Of a stretch of 64,000 nucleotides of DNA, positions 1 to 12,037 are shown piece by piece. The DNA comes from Oculina patagonica (Eukaryota), in the NCBI RefSeq assembly GCF_052425735.1, contig NC_135758.1, positions 34,844,001 through 34,908,000 of the forward strand. Reading direction: 5' to 3'. The notes under the pieces were generated by a model that had not been told where the DNA came from, made no database searches, and was given only the letters and a program-made list of their open reading frames with translations. Position numbers and translations under genes: made by a program. The first letter of the stretch is position 1. Each line of letters begins with the position of its first letter.

Positions 1-2829
1 AATCTGAGAACTTTACGGTACTTACCTTGTCCATGACAGAAACAAACCCAGATCCAAGATTTCCTCTTTACCGTTTACACATTAAAGCATTCCGTAGTCC
101 TTTAGCACCAGACTGAAACGCAGCGAAGGACCAAAAGGATAATATAAATGACTTCGGTCATTCAAGGTTTTGTGAATTTATTTTTCTACTTTGAGCAACC
201 GCCGTACAATGATGCGGTAACCTCTCGGGGTAGTACGCGAAAAAAAATCCACAAATTTCACCATCTAAAACCTGATTGTGTCATATGAAACACAATCGGG
301 TTCAGAAAAAGATTAGAGTGGAAAAGGTAGCTGCGTTACAAAAAGAAAAACATTCTACCGAAAAGCTTTATATTCATTCAACTTTAGTGCACATTGTCAC
401 CCCACCCTGCTTGGTAAAGAAATTGCTACTTTACACCGTGTCCTTGAGTGACCTTGATAGAGGATTGTTTGGAATGTTTGCCCTTGAATGAACTTTCGCA
501 TATTTTCGTTTAAGTATGCGTTTTGTTGTTTTACGGTCAAGAACTGGGAGGCAGTCACAAGACATCAGTGGAATCAAAGCCATCATTTCACATGTGAAAC
601 ACGAAAGAAATACTTCGAGAACCCACGGTTTTTTTTTTTTGGGGGGGGGGGGTGGGGAACCAAACGTCGTTTCTTGACTCAGTTGAGCACTGCAATCTTA
701 CCACCACCCCCTCCCTCCCCCCAAATTTTGAAACAGTTTTCGTTTCCCTTCGAAGTTCGAGAAGTCGGGATTCTACCGTATGTGGAAGTATACTGGAGTG
801 CGAACGTTGGGGAGTTGAGGGCTGGATGCACGTGCTGCAAACTCTCGAGCTCGCATTCTGGGGTCGCGCGAGCACTTTTGGGATCGTTTGCTCAAAATGG
901 CAGCAACATCCTCTGTTGTATGATCAATTTATCAATTTCGAATCGATCAAGTTTTTGTCTTATATGCTACTCGCTGACCTTTGGAATTCCAATAACACTA
1001 CAACCGAGAATAATTTTTGACATTGATGCGCGAAAAAGGACCCTACTACGACCCCTACTACACAAAAGTACAGCCTTCGCTTGACATATTCAGACTATTC
1101 AGATGTATTCAGGGCGCTAAAAATAATTATTGTCAGGTACGCGTATCTTGCATGTTAACAAAACAAGGGCTCGGTTGCCTAAAGAATGATATCGCTATTC
1201 TCTGGACAAATCACTGACTGCCCAGTGTTAACGAAACCAACTACGGTGTAGCGACTTATCTGGTGGATCATATATGTAGTTAGTTAGTCCTCTACAGAGT
1301 GCTTCCAAATTGGCGTTTATTCTGCTCGACGAAGCCATGTACTCAAACAACTAAATCTGTCGAATGCGCCTAAAAGTCCTAAAAGGCCAGTGATGGAGTT
1401 TAGAAACTCTGGGTGGATAGAACTATCCAACCGTTAACAACCAGGAGCTGGGCTCTTGACCAAAACTCGTGCCAGAATACACGGCTCCCTCCCAACCAAT
1501 ATCAGACACATCTTGTTACAAAAATCACCGAAATCCGTCGTTCCTCCCCATTAGCTTTTTGAACGCTTTTTTTACAGGGATTGTCCGCGCTATATACCCT
1601 GTAGGTAAGGTACGTCCCGTGTCACGGTTAGTCGCTTTCAAAGCCTATAGTTTGTCGGTTTTCGCTTCCTCTGGTAGCTTACTTTTTGGAGAAAACAGCT
1701 GAAATTCAGGCTACAGCCTGTTTCAGGCTTTCGGTAGGTTTGAGAACACCACGTAAAAAATGACGATCCCCGACCAACCGAGCTCGACCAATCAAAACTA
1801 ACCGCGCAACACGCACGCACCCAAAGACTGGTGCTTTATGCCGGGAAGAAAGACGGTGTTTTGGCTTTAGTTTCTTTTTCTTCTCTTCAAATTTACTGCA
1901 AATTCGGGATTAAAAATACGCACTTTATCATCTTGGATATAATTCAGCCCTAGCACAGTTTAATGAGAGCATAAAATAGAATTCAACTTCCATACGTAAA
2001 ACTGACAAACAGTGAACAAGGAACAGGAATTTAGCCAACGTTGATCGGACACAACTTTTCAGTACGACCAAATGAACATTTATGTCTTAAACAGGACAAA
2101 CGGTGCGAAATTATTGGTTATCGAAGTCTGATATGACTTAAGTAACAATCTATTACTATCGATCTATCTCCTGTTTAAAAATAACAAAATGGTTCATAGA
2201 TTCATCAAGTCCAACAATGTCGTTCTTCTCTTTAGCGGGCATTACACACCCATAATCTTTGCATGGTCTGAAGTACAACATTTTGCAACGTCTTCTTTTT
2301 TTTTCAAAGAATTTCACCAACAAACATTTTTCAACGGTAGTAATTTAAAGAATTTATTCCGCGAAACGTGATTTCAACACCAGACTGACTAACAAACTGC
2401 TTTTCCGTCTGGACCCACTTGCAGAAATTGCTTTATTCCTAAGAAAGAAGAGAAACGAAGAACATGTTTAATAATACAGTATTTCAAACGTCTTTCTGCG
2501 AGCGCTCTATCCCCAACCTCACCTCCTACTAGTGAACAAGCGGAGAAACATCAATTCCCCTAAGTAATCGTTACGTTTAAGTCTGAGTTCAGGTCTTAGT
2601 GGCAGCCTGTAAAGAAGTTAGAATCTGCTAGCCTGGGGCAAGTAGATTTTGTGGTCGGGCTAGTGGACTTGGTCCTTCACTTGCTCAACGGGCTAGCTAT
2701 CATTTATAAGCATCGTGCTAATGAGATGTTTTGGGCTAGTAAAAATGACTTTCAGGCTAGTACATCGCAGCTACAGCTTGCCTGAAGTGCAAGCTGGAAA
2801 ATTCAATTTCTTTGCACCCTGTTAGTTAG

Positions 2830-2915
2830 TGGCCTATCAGGCTGCAGCCTATCAATGTTTCCGTTTCATGAAGCGACTGGGGGTATTTTAACGCCCCCTG
2901 GATGGGATGCTAGTC
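2830..2915 (-). mobile_element. 3' fragment of the SINE family seen at 5766-6050
   Basis: Reverse complement reads GACTAGCATCCCATCCAGGGGG...CCCCAGTCGCTTCATGAAACGGAAAC, matching 5950-6010. Confidence 0.6.
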
Positions 2916-2990
2916 AAAATTGAACATATTTTCAATTTTCAATAAAGCATTTGAAACTGCACTCAATATATAAAATAAATGTTATATTAC

Positions 2991-5900
2991 CCTGCAGTTT
3001 GTCTTCAAGTGCTTGCCTCTTACTATTCAACATTTGCAATTCCTCTGCAAGACATCAGCATTAACATATCAATACTTTTACACTTCAAATATAATCACCT
3101 ATGACCACTGGCATTAATATGGTACTCGTATGTGAACCTATACTAACAGACTTAAAAGCATTTTTCCTTACACAAAACCTTTTTTTATCTTTTTGTGAAC
3201 AGTGTACGTATAATAATAAAAAACTGGACTCAAGGATTAAGCAGGGTTATAAACATGTGGTTAATACAACTTACAGCAATACTCACTAAGGAAAAATTAA
3301 AAACAGGTCTGCAATGCATACGTGTTTCTACCACAATGACCTTTGAAAATTATTGGGAAATCATCCACATGATATTGCATGTGTCACAAGATTACTTTGT
3401 TATATGTCGTGACATCCATATACTCCTCACCCCCCCCCCCCATCTCAGCATTCCCCGGGCATTTAATTCATTGATGTGCCCAGTGGGACAGAAATTTGGC
3501 ATTTATTTTGTGGTTGTTATTGGAGAGGAAATTTTCACAAAAATGTGTCACTTTGCGTTTTCTCAATATTTAGCAGAAAAATCATAGTGGTAAATATTTC
3601 ATTATGTCCCTAAACTGGGGAATTTGAACACCATTTTTGATCTGGGAGATAGGAATTTAAACATCTTAAACCTTAAATGCCCAGGGGTGGATGTCAAAGG
3701 TTCAATTACCTGCTCATCTCAAAAATTACATAGTACTTAAAAATGTTGGGTTGTAGCCAGGCATGTTAAAAAATTTGAATTAATAAGTTGACACTGGCTA
3801 AAAATATTGTTTTTGGACGTTTCAGCCACTAACTGTTGCCTTCTTCAGCAAGATAAAAATGCAAATGTTAAACGGCGTCCTGTTAAAATATGTAACGAAT
3901 GTGTGATGAAAACTAAATGAACTTTCAGAGTGCAACAAAAGTCTCTAGAGCATTCTTAATGCGTCAATGAATTCTTAATGCTATTGTAAACGTTTGGTAG
4001 CACTATGTGTTCGTTTATAGCGTTCCTATCTCGCACAGAATGCCAAGCTTCAAGAATTAGTCGTTGTTTCCACATCCTTGACGTGTCAACAATTTTGACA
4101 CTCTCCAAATCTATTTGATGCTCGTTAAGCATATGGTGTATTGCCAACAAAGAGTTTTTATCCAATGTTGCGATGGCCTTTGCGTGTTCTTTCATACGTG
4201 TTTTAAGCGCGGGTGATGTCTGGCCAACATAGTACTTCCTTATGTATGCATTTTTAGACATTTTAACTTTTTAAAATAAAACTGCTGAATCACCTTGAAG
4301 AGCTTTTACTTCATTCTCTTTAGCTTTCCTGAGTTCTCTTTCTTCTTGAAGTTGCTGTTTGAATTGATCTTGTGGACACAAGTAAACAATGACCATTTTT
4401 TTTAAAGAAAATGAAATTATGAAGAACATTCAAACCTCCTAAAAATAACCACTTGCCTTGTTTTGCTTACATGAACAACATTTTTGTATACCAGTAGCTC
4501 GAAAAAGAAAATCTAATACCTTTAAAAGTGCAAGCAGGAGAGGGATGTCCAATACACACGATATGAGACTGGTGGTTTTACGTCGAAGACGACCAGACTC
4601 ACCCAAGGTCAGGTCACATGGTTTAGAGACTTTTAAATTTTTTTTATTGTTTTTGTTGATGGATCTTGAAGATCTGATTGGGTTGTGACAACTCAAAGTA
4701 GCAGCAGTCATCCCGATATTGGATCAACTTTTGCTATGACTTGTCGCCGCAACTTGGTCACTTGAAGGAAGGATGACGTGACTCAGTTCATTGCATATTA
4801 GACAGAAAGGGGTTGTAATTTTGCTGTAACATAGTAACTACTAACTATATGGTTGTGAGTTGCACTCATCAAATGGAGAGATTCTGTTTAATTGATACTA
4901 ACCTTCAAGCTCTTTCAATTTTTCTTCAGCACTCTTTCTAGACTTCTGCTCCTCTTCAAGTTGTTTCAGGATCCTATCTGAGTGAAATATTAAAACAGCA
5001 ACTAAATAGACACAGCTATTTCTGAAGAACAGCAAGAATTTGGAAACTCAAGATAATATATAAGTACACTACAAAAAGAAGATTGTAAACATTGCACATA
5101 ATGTTACAGAAGTCAGTAAAAATGTTTGAAATTTTTAGGACAACAAACTTTAAGGATCAGCTTTAAAAATGACAGCAATGTTTCAGTTCAATACCTTTTT
5201 CACACTTTTTCTTTCCTACAAATGCCTTTGTGAAAGTAACAATTGACTGCAGAAAAATATCATCTGTGTGTGGGCAGCAGTCTTCTGAGTGAGAGAAAAC
5301 AACAATGTTCAAATCCTGAGAACTAACAAAACAGTTAAATCAGTTATTGAATAGACACCCCTCCTTGCACTGCTCTACTCTTTTATATTCAAAGCAAAAG
5401 TCCCAGTCTGTAGGGTATATCATGTTAACATGCTGATTTGTTCATAATTTTTTGGGGTGTGCACACCAGAATCTTGCTGCCACGCACCAAATACAGTTCA
5501 CTTTCAAGTACTGAATAGTTTAAAAAAGCTAGCCTTTCTACTTATTGGAGCATGCTTGTAGCTTCAAGTTGAAGAGGCTGACATTGCAGGCAATGCACAC
5601 GTAGCCTGTTCCTGTTAGGTGTTCAGGGTAGGGGAAAGGGGCACACCATTTTTTTCATCTGCCATTTGTCCCAAATGTCATGCTGCTCCCAAACCAACCA
5701 AATGCCTGGAACAGGCTAATGCACACCAGGAAGAATTCCCCTGCCTAGGCATCATAATCATTGTGGGAGGTGCTGTGGCCTAATGGCAAGGGTGCCGGAC
5801 TCCAGATCAATTGGTCCAGGTTGGAGCCCAAGCCGGGGTCACTGTGTTGTGTTGTTGGGTAAGACACTTTATTCTCATAGTGCCTCTCTCCACCCAGGTG

Positions 5901-7554
5901 TATAAATGGGTACCAGCGACATAATGCTGGTGGGGGTTCCCCTGGGATGGACTAGCATCCCATTCAGGGGGGAGTAGAAATATTCCTAGCCGCTAAATGC
6001 TACCGAAATCGGGATAAGCTCCGGCAGTATGAGCCACATGGCTTGAGGCTTTCCTAGGCATCATAAAGATGAAATAAATAAATAAATTACCTCTATTTAT
6101 ACATGGTTGTGTTTGAAGCTGAAAGCTTCCCGATCAAATTGGAATTTGGAAGTGCTACTTTTTCAAGAGGGAGGAAAACCAGAGAAGCCGGAGAAAAACA
6201 CTCAGAGAAAGGACAAGAACCAACAACAAACTTGAGCCACATGATGCTGGGTCTAGGAATCCAATCCGGGCCACATTGGTGGGAGGCGAGTGCTCTCATC
6301 GCTGTGTCATCCCTGCTCCTGATGGTGGTGGTGTATAAATCCTCCTCCCTATGGGTAGATTTGTGTTTGGTGGTCCCGAATTCCATTCCAACTGGTCAGC
6401 CTCCTACCAGTTGGGATTTTTAACAAGTTTCTGTTTGATTTACAATATTTGTTTCCTTGTATTTACAGTGTCAGTGGATGAAGAGCCACTCTGTGTAAAT
6501 GCCACTGCAAATTCCCATTATTTTATCATCATCATCATCATCATCATTATTTTAATTCGAAACCAACTTTATGGATTTAATTCATTAAATTATTAATTTA
6601 GGCAATTTAATCAACAACTTAAATCTAGGATCTTTAAAGGAGACACAAAAATTAGGATGCTATCAACCTTTGACGGGGGAGGAATGGGGGACCGAAGGGA
6701 AGAGTGCGGTTGAAGGCCGGGGGGGGGGGAGGTTGGTGATGCCATGCATTGAAGCTCTTTCTAATTTAATGAAACAAAAACTAAGTTTTCAGCTCACCTG
6801 TATTTCCAATCTTTCTTTTCTTGTTGCTTTCCTCGCTTCCACTAGCGCAATCTAACTCGTTCAGTGCTCTTTCTCCCCTTTTCGAGCTCCGTTGTTTTGC
6901 GCCCTTGCCGTCCACCTCGGGTGATTTCTCACAGGCATCAATACAATCATCGTCAGAGGGCTCTCTTGAACAATCACTGTCTGACTGCGGTTCTATCGTT
7001 ATTGTGTCGGTGATCGGTATGCTATTTCCTTTTAAGATCGGGTTGAAGACGCGGAGAAGAAGTTTCGTCTGCTTAATCAAATGCTGGCTGATGAACTCTG
7101 CCGCGTCGTTGAATGGCAATAGTATCATCTGGTCTTTCGCGATCGAAGTGTTTTTAATCAAATCCTCCTCGCTGAGTGATAGCTGATACCCTACACGGCT
7201 CCACAAAGTGATAAACGCGTTCATGGAAAAGGAAAAGTAGTCTTTCAGAAGGTCCTTGTCATTAATACGAGCGACATCTGCAAGCAAAACCAAGAGCTCT
7301 CCACGCCGTTTGAAGCATGTCCATTCTCCAAGCAAGGGAGCACTATTCGGTCTCTTTCTCAGGCAAGGTGATCTCGATATCGTTGCACTCATCTTGTCTA
7401 AGGCTTTGCACAAATGTTGTTCTTTTAAAAAAGAATGAAGACTGTTCTCAATGAAGCCAACTGTCTGCAGAATATTCAGGATATTGGAAGACAACACTGC
7501 AGTGTCCACTGTTGTTTTTGCGCGCGAAAGTGAGAACCCACAAAAGTTAATCAT
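2991..7554 (-). CDS. Uncharacterised protein: N-terminal globular domain, acidic/basic linker with NLS-like KKRK, C-terminal coiled coil; 3' end not resolved
   Basis: ORF 6781-7554 has a donor at 6796 (ACAG|gtgag). Phase-1 symmetric exons with AG/GT borders at 4903-4977 (DRILKQLEEEQKSRKSAEEKLKELE), 4294-4368 (DQFKQQLQEERELRKAKENEVKALQ) and 2991-3044 (EELQMLNSKRQALEDKLQ) all join in frame. True start and terminal exon are uncertain. Confidence 0.65.
3790..4245 (-). mobile_element. 5'-truncated Penelope-like retroelement: GIY-YIG endonuclease C-terminus plus 3' pLTR region, intronic
   Basis: ORF 3956-4261 contains YYVGQT..LKTRMKEH...SLLAIHH...H.ID...VKIVD...RLILEAWH...AIN, the typical Penelope GIY-YIG signature. 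A hammerhead motif follows downstream. Confidence 0.85.
3812..3853 (-). ncRNA. Minimal type I hammerhead ribozyme (Penelope-associated), partly degenerate
   Basis: Minus strand reads TTG-CTGAAGA-AGGC(aacagttagt)GGCT-GAAA-CG-TC-CAA: CUGANGA and GAAA cores, palindromic minimal stem III, GUC cleavage triplet and a TTG/CAA stem I. Stem II has one G-G mismatch. Confidence 0.65.
5766..6050 (+). mobile_element. tRNA-derived SINE with CORE-like central domain
   Basis: A-box-like GTGGCCTAATGG head; TTGGGTAAGACACTT...TGCCTCTCTCCACCCAGGTGTATAAATGGGTACC core; GATGGACTAGCATCCC...GGGATAAGCTCCGG tail. Related fragments at 2830, 25850, 28090 and 56520. Confidence 0.75.
6125..6320 (-). mobile_element. tRNA-derived SINE with V-domain-like core
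   Basis: Minus strand: GAGAGCACTCGCCTCCCACCAATGTGGCCCGG head, then GTTTTTCTCCGGCTTCTCTGGTTTTCCTCCC (V-domain-like) and TTCCAAATTCCAATTTGATC. Confidence 0.7.
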
Positions 7555-9799
7555 TTACCCATCAGTCATTTTTCGCGCGAAAAAAGCGATAACATCGTCT
7601 CCAGGGCGCCGGGCGCTTTCGATAAAAGGTACCCCACCTCGAAACCCATCAAATGATCGCCCTGATCGTTTTTATCGCATCGATTGTTTGCAAATACTGA
7701 GACGATCGTAGGCGATCGAAGCGATTGGAAGTGATCGGGGGTTCTCATATGATCGTCCCGATCGCCTGGTATGAGCGAAAACCTACGAAAATTGATGAAA
7801 GTTCGTTGAGCGAGCATGGCTCGAATTCTTCTTCAATACAACATGAGTTCATGTTGCTTGTCAGCTGATGTTTTAACTGACTTTATTCCTCATGATCTGT
7901 AGAACTGCGGTCCGTAAAATGCTCATAAGAAGCATCCTGGCCTGAAACCCAGGATGAAAAACTGGATGATCTTTTTAAAGGTCCCATACATTCTCTTTTC
8001 TCTATCGAATGGACACCTTTTTAAAAAAAGCGTTATTAAATTTGGAAGACGATGTTAAAATCGCAATTTTATTGCGTTACATATCAATAACGTGTAACAT
8101 GGCGAAGCGGGCGATTTTTAACCGATAACCAAGCCGATTTTATAACGCGCGCATTATTTTGTTGCGGCAACATGTTGCAGGATTTGAACTGCTTTCGACA
8201 CCTGCAACAGTGTTGTTCGAATTTTTAACGTGTGCTGATTTAAAATACAAAACAGCCCCTAATACAAGGGAGCTTTATACTCGAAAAAAATAATCGAAAA
8301 GAAATGTAAGCTCAAACTGACTAAACTAAATATAAGCCCAGAATGGTTGGGGGATTTTTAATTTTTTTTTCGAAGAATTTTGTGACCATAAGGCGGGAGT
8401 CACGTGAAAGACGTTTTTCCACCGTTTAATGTGGGTTTAATGCAAATATTTCGTTAGCGTTTCAAGCAATCCAAAAACTCTCTGCTCATTTCACAAATCT
8501 ATGTTTTGCAGTGTTTTGTGAATTTTTGAGTGATTTTTGGGATTTTTTGGGAGAAGACAATTTTTCTCAAAGTATTATCAAAATTTAGAGAAATAAGAAA
8601 TATTGTCATATTGGAGTCTTTTAATGTGATTTTAATGTGATTTTAATTGGAAGGCGGACACCAGCTAGTCCGCTTGACAACCTGGAGTGCTCTTACGTGG
8701 GGGTCAACTGTCTGGTGGTGTTTCAAAAAAAATGTTCTTTCTCCTTTCCTTTCTTTAAACCTCCTGATATTTCGCTCAAATTCGCATTAACCCTCGCCTG
8801 AACAACACTTTACGGCAGGTATCGTATGTACTCGATTAAACGCCGCGGGATTAATTAAATTGTAAGCGTTTCCGATGATTATATGCTTGTTCATCGGTAC
8901 AGCTGCATTTGGTCGTAATCGTAATTTCATTTAGTAGCTAAACATCCTAGCTACGTGGCGTTTATTCAAGAGCGGTGTTAATAAAGGGTGGCGTTTATTT
9001 AAGGTAGTTTTTACGATTTAGTGGACTGAAAACTGTAGAATCAATTTTTCTGTTGGATTATTTTTATATACTTAGTTTTTACAGCAAAGCGAATAAATCA
9101 ATAATTTCCCTCCTTACAGAAGAGCTGGAGAGGGCGGGAGGCAGGATTGGCGGGAACCGGGGAAAAAAGCATGAAAAATTTCGCAATATTTCGTTAGATT
9201 TCGCAAGAAAAAAGACAAAGAGAAAGGAACCACTACGGAAAGGGGCGGGAAGCAGGGTTAAAAGGTACGGGAGGCGGGCGGTTCGGACCCCCTGCCCCCA
9301 GGTGAGCAATGCTAGTGAGTGCCCTTCACTGAATACCGTACGGTGTAACGAGAGGAATTTCAGTTTTTCAGTCATTTCGGATTTATACCATGCATTCTAA
9401 ACCTTTAAAAAAACAACGATAGTTCCTGTTCAAATAGAATTTCATTTTGTTGTTTGGAAATCGTAAATTTAACATTTTCTTCGCTTCTACATCCGGTACA
9501 GCTGTATTTGTTCGTTATCGTAATTTCATTTGGTAGTTAAACATCCTTGGTTGCATTTTTTTCCTTGAATTCTGTTCTTAATTGAAAAATTATCTATGCA
9601 GTCATTTTCTATGTTGTTAGCCCTGGGAACGTGGTTGATATATTGGAAATATTTTAAACTAATATTAGCGATTTTTAACCTATTTTTAGTATTTTTAATT
9701 AAATAGTGCCCCCACCCCCCTTAATGGTTTTTTACTGCTTTTTTCAGTAGACACTTAAATAAAGGTTTAATCGTTCATATACCTCATTCATTCTTGAAC

Positions 9800-10555
9800 G
9801 TAAAACTTTAAATATCTATATTTCGCTCTGATAAGTTGTTCAACAATGGCACGAGTGTGGAACAAAGAAAACATGAGTCCCCGACGGGAATCGAATCCAT
9901 GGCCTCCCAGATAGCGGTTGGGCGCTCTAACCAACTGAGCTACGAGAGACTCATGGTAAGCTGGGCCATTTACTAGGTTGATATGTGACACGCGTCCTGT
10001 GTCATTGTTGAACAACTTTTCGTCATTTATGTACCATAAAGAATTTCGTTATTTATGTAGGACGTATGTCACATATCAACCTAGTAGATGGCCCGGCTCA
10101 CCACGGGTCTCTCGTAGCTCAGTTGGTTAGAGCGCCCAACCGGTATCTGGGAGGCCATTGGTTCGATTTCCGCCAGGGATTCAGAATTTTTCTTTGTCCC
10201 ATGCTCGTGTCATTGTTGAAAAATTCATCTTCATTATTGATCACCGAGCTTAAAATTGACCAAATTTATTTTTTACTACACACTTGATAATTAGGACATT
10301 GCTGATCCTAGCAGTATGCAGGACGCGTGTCACATGTCAATCTTGTAAATGGCCCACTCACCATGAGTCTCTCGTAGCTCAGTTGGTTAGTAGCTCAACC
10401 GGTATCTGGGAGGCCATGGGGTCGATTCCCGTCGGGGACTCAGATGTTTTTTTTTTTTTTGCCCCATCACGCTCGTGTTACTGTTGAACAACTTACCTTC
10501 ATTATTTATCACCGAGCTTAAAATTCACCCCATCTTTGTTATTTACTACACACTA
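9800..10555. repeat. Three copies of a ~260-bp repeat with an internal tRNA-like module: one inverted copy (~9800-10000, -) and two tandem copies (~10055-10555, +)
   Basis: CTCTCGTAGCTCAGTTGGTTAG at 10109 and 10369 (period 260), with its reverse complement at ~9927-9948. B-box-like GGTTCGATT. The anticodon arm is non-canonical. Confidence 0.85.
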
Positions 10556-11680
10556 TAATTTACGTTTTCTACTTCAGTCAAATCTCTAAGTTTACTCTTA
10601 AGTTCCCTATTTCAAATTTCAAGTTGTGTAATTTAATTTTAAGTTTATTTTCTGCACTAGGAAAGCTCCGTTCTGAAAATTTTGTGCGTGGCTTAGGCAA
10701 TCATACATATTGAAGTAACCAACACTGTATAAAACCCTTTTTTGATTCACGAATGTGGAAGCAATAGGCTCTTCTTGGAACCAAGTTCTGTCTGATCCTT
10801 GTCGTCCGAAAGAAGACCCTAGAATTTAATAGATCTTGCGTGCTAGGAATTTGTGACGAAATTCCGTTTTCGCAAGCTAAGTAGTGTTCTACCGAGCTAT
10901 TCCCCCCCCCCCTGTAATTCAGAGTGTTTTCAAAGTCAAGAAGTTGTCCATTTAGTCCGAAAATTCAGTGCCAAGCCAAAAAGCCTATCGTCACAACCAT
11001 TAACTATGTCACAACGGTGAAAAGAATGAATGAATAAATTAAACAAATTAATGTGGTACCTTAACTGATTTACACATGCCAATGTTCAAATGAAAAAAGG
11101 CTTGTACTTCCTATTCCCAATTTTTTGGATGACTATCCTCTGTGAAGTCCTAGCTTCCCCTTCTGTTTACCTTCTCTTCTATTCGATAAGATTTTTCTTA
11201 ACATTTTTTTTTTTTTTTTTTTTTTGGGGGGGGGGGGGGTTGGGGGCTTACCTTCGAGGGAGTCGCCACTACCTTTCACAACGAGACATATCAATGGTTC
11301 TTAAAAATAGCTAACAAGTCACAATGAGCTTAGCCCTTGCATAGTAGTGTTCACAACAAGCGAATGAAAATAGAGATTCCAGAACGGTAGTGGCTTACTG
11401 CTTCAAGGGGGCGGGAGAGGTTATTATCAAAATTTTACGGTATGAACAATCACGTTAGAACTGGCTAAAAATGACGATCCTCAAATTTAATTGAGAAAAA
11501 AAACAAAAAGAAGAAAACCTCTAAACATGTAATAGTGAGCCGGGAACTAGCGTGCCACTTTTCCACTTCCGTTTTTGTCTGCAAAATTAAAACTGAGGAA
11601 AACCCCGAAACAAGATTAAAAATTTCGACAAATAGAGGTTATTAAATGTCAACAGCCCCCTCAAATTATTTGCTCAAAAT

Positions 11681-11853
11681 AGGCAATCTGTCCCGCTCCT
11701 ATTGGTCAATCTGTGTACGGTTAAACACCGTACTTGTCAGGCAATCTGTCCCGCTCCTATTGGTCAATCTGTGTACGGTTAAACACCGTACTTGTCAGGC
11801 AATCTGTCCCGCTCCTATTGGTCAATCTGTGTACCGTTAAACACCGTACTTGT
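11681..11853 (+). repeat. Three 58-bp tandem repeats ~185 bp upstream of the calumenin-1 ATG
   Basis: Unit AGGCAATCTGTCCCGCTCCTATTGGTCAATCTGTGTACGGTTAAACACCGTACTTGTC starts at 11681, 11739 and 11797; near-identical copies. Confidence 0.95.
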
Positions 11854-12037
11854 TCAAATATAGATTATCCGCTGACTTGTTTTATCACGGGTTCTTGCTG
11901 GGAGAAGCCTGCTAGATTTTGCCACGTTGAGTTCAACGTGTTTCGTCTAGTTTAAAAGATACTGCTGGTGTTGTTTTCCTTTCGTTACTCACAGCCACAA
12001 GAACGCCATTGATCAGTATTCTTTTGCAGAGGTAAAC

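Noticed and set aside
21-34. First coding exon ATG GAC AAG|gtaag of a minus-strand gene leaving the window
   Set aside because: Plausible, but 9 nt is too little to call without downstream sequence.
488-1084. 198-aa ORF and overlapping ORFs
   Set aside because: Runs through poly-T/G/C noise, has no recognisable motif and no clear splice support.
7690-7845. EEEFEPCSL peptide resembling Crypton/DUF3504, next to GATCG-rich repeat remnants
   Set aside because: Very short similarity, interrupted by stops; cannot be supported.
10107-10182. tRNA genes in the 260-bp repeat
   Set aside because: Non-canonical anticodon loop and divergence between copies; treated as a tRNA-derived repeat.
11681-11853. 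CRISPR-like array
   Set aside because: Units are contiguous with no unique spacers, and the context is eukaryotic.
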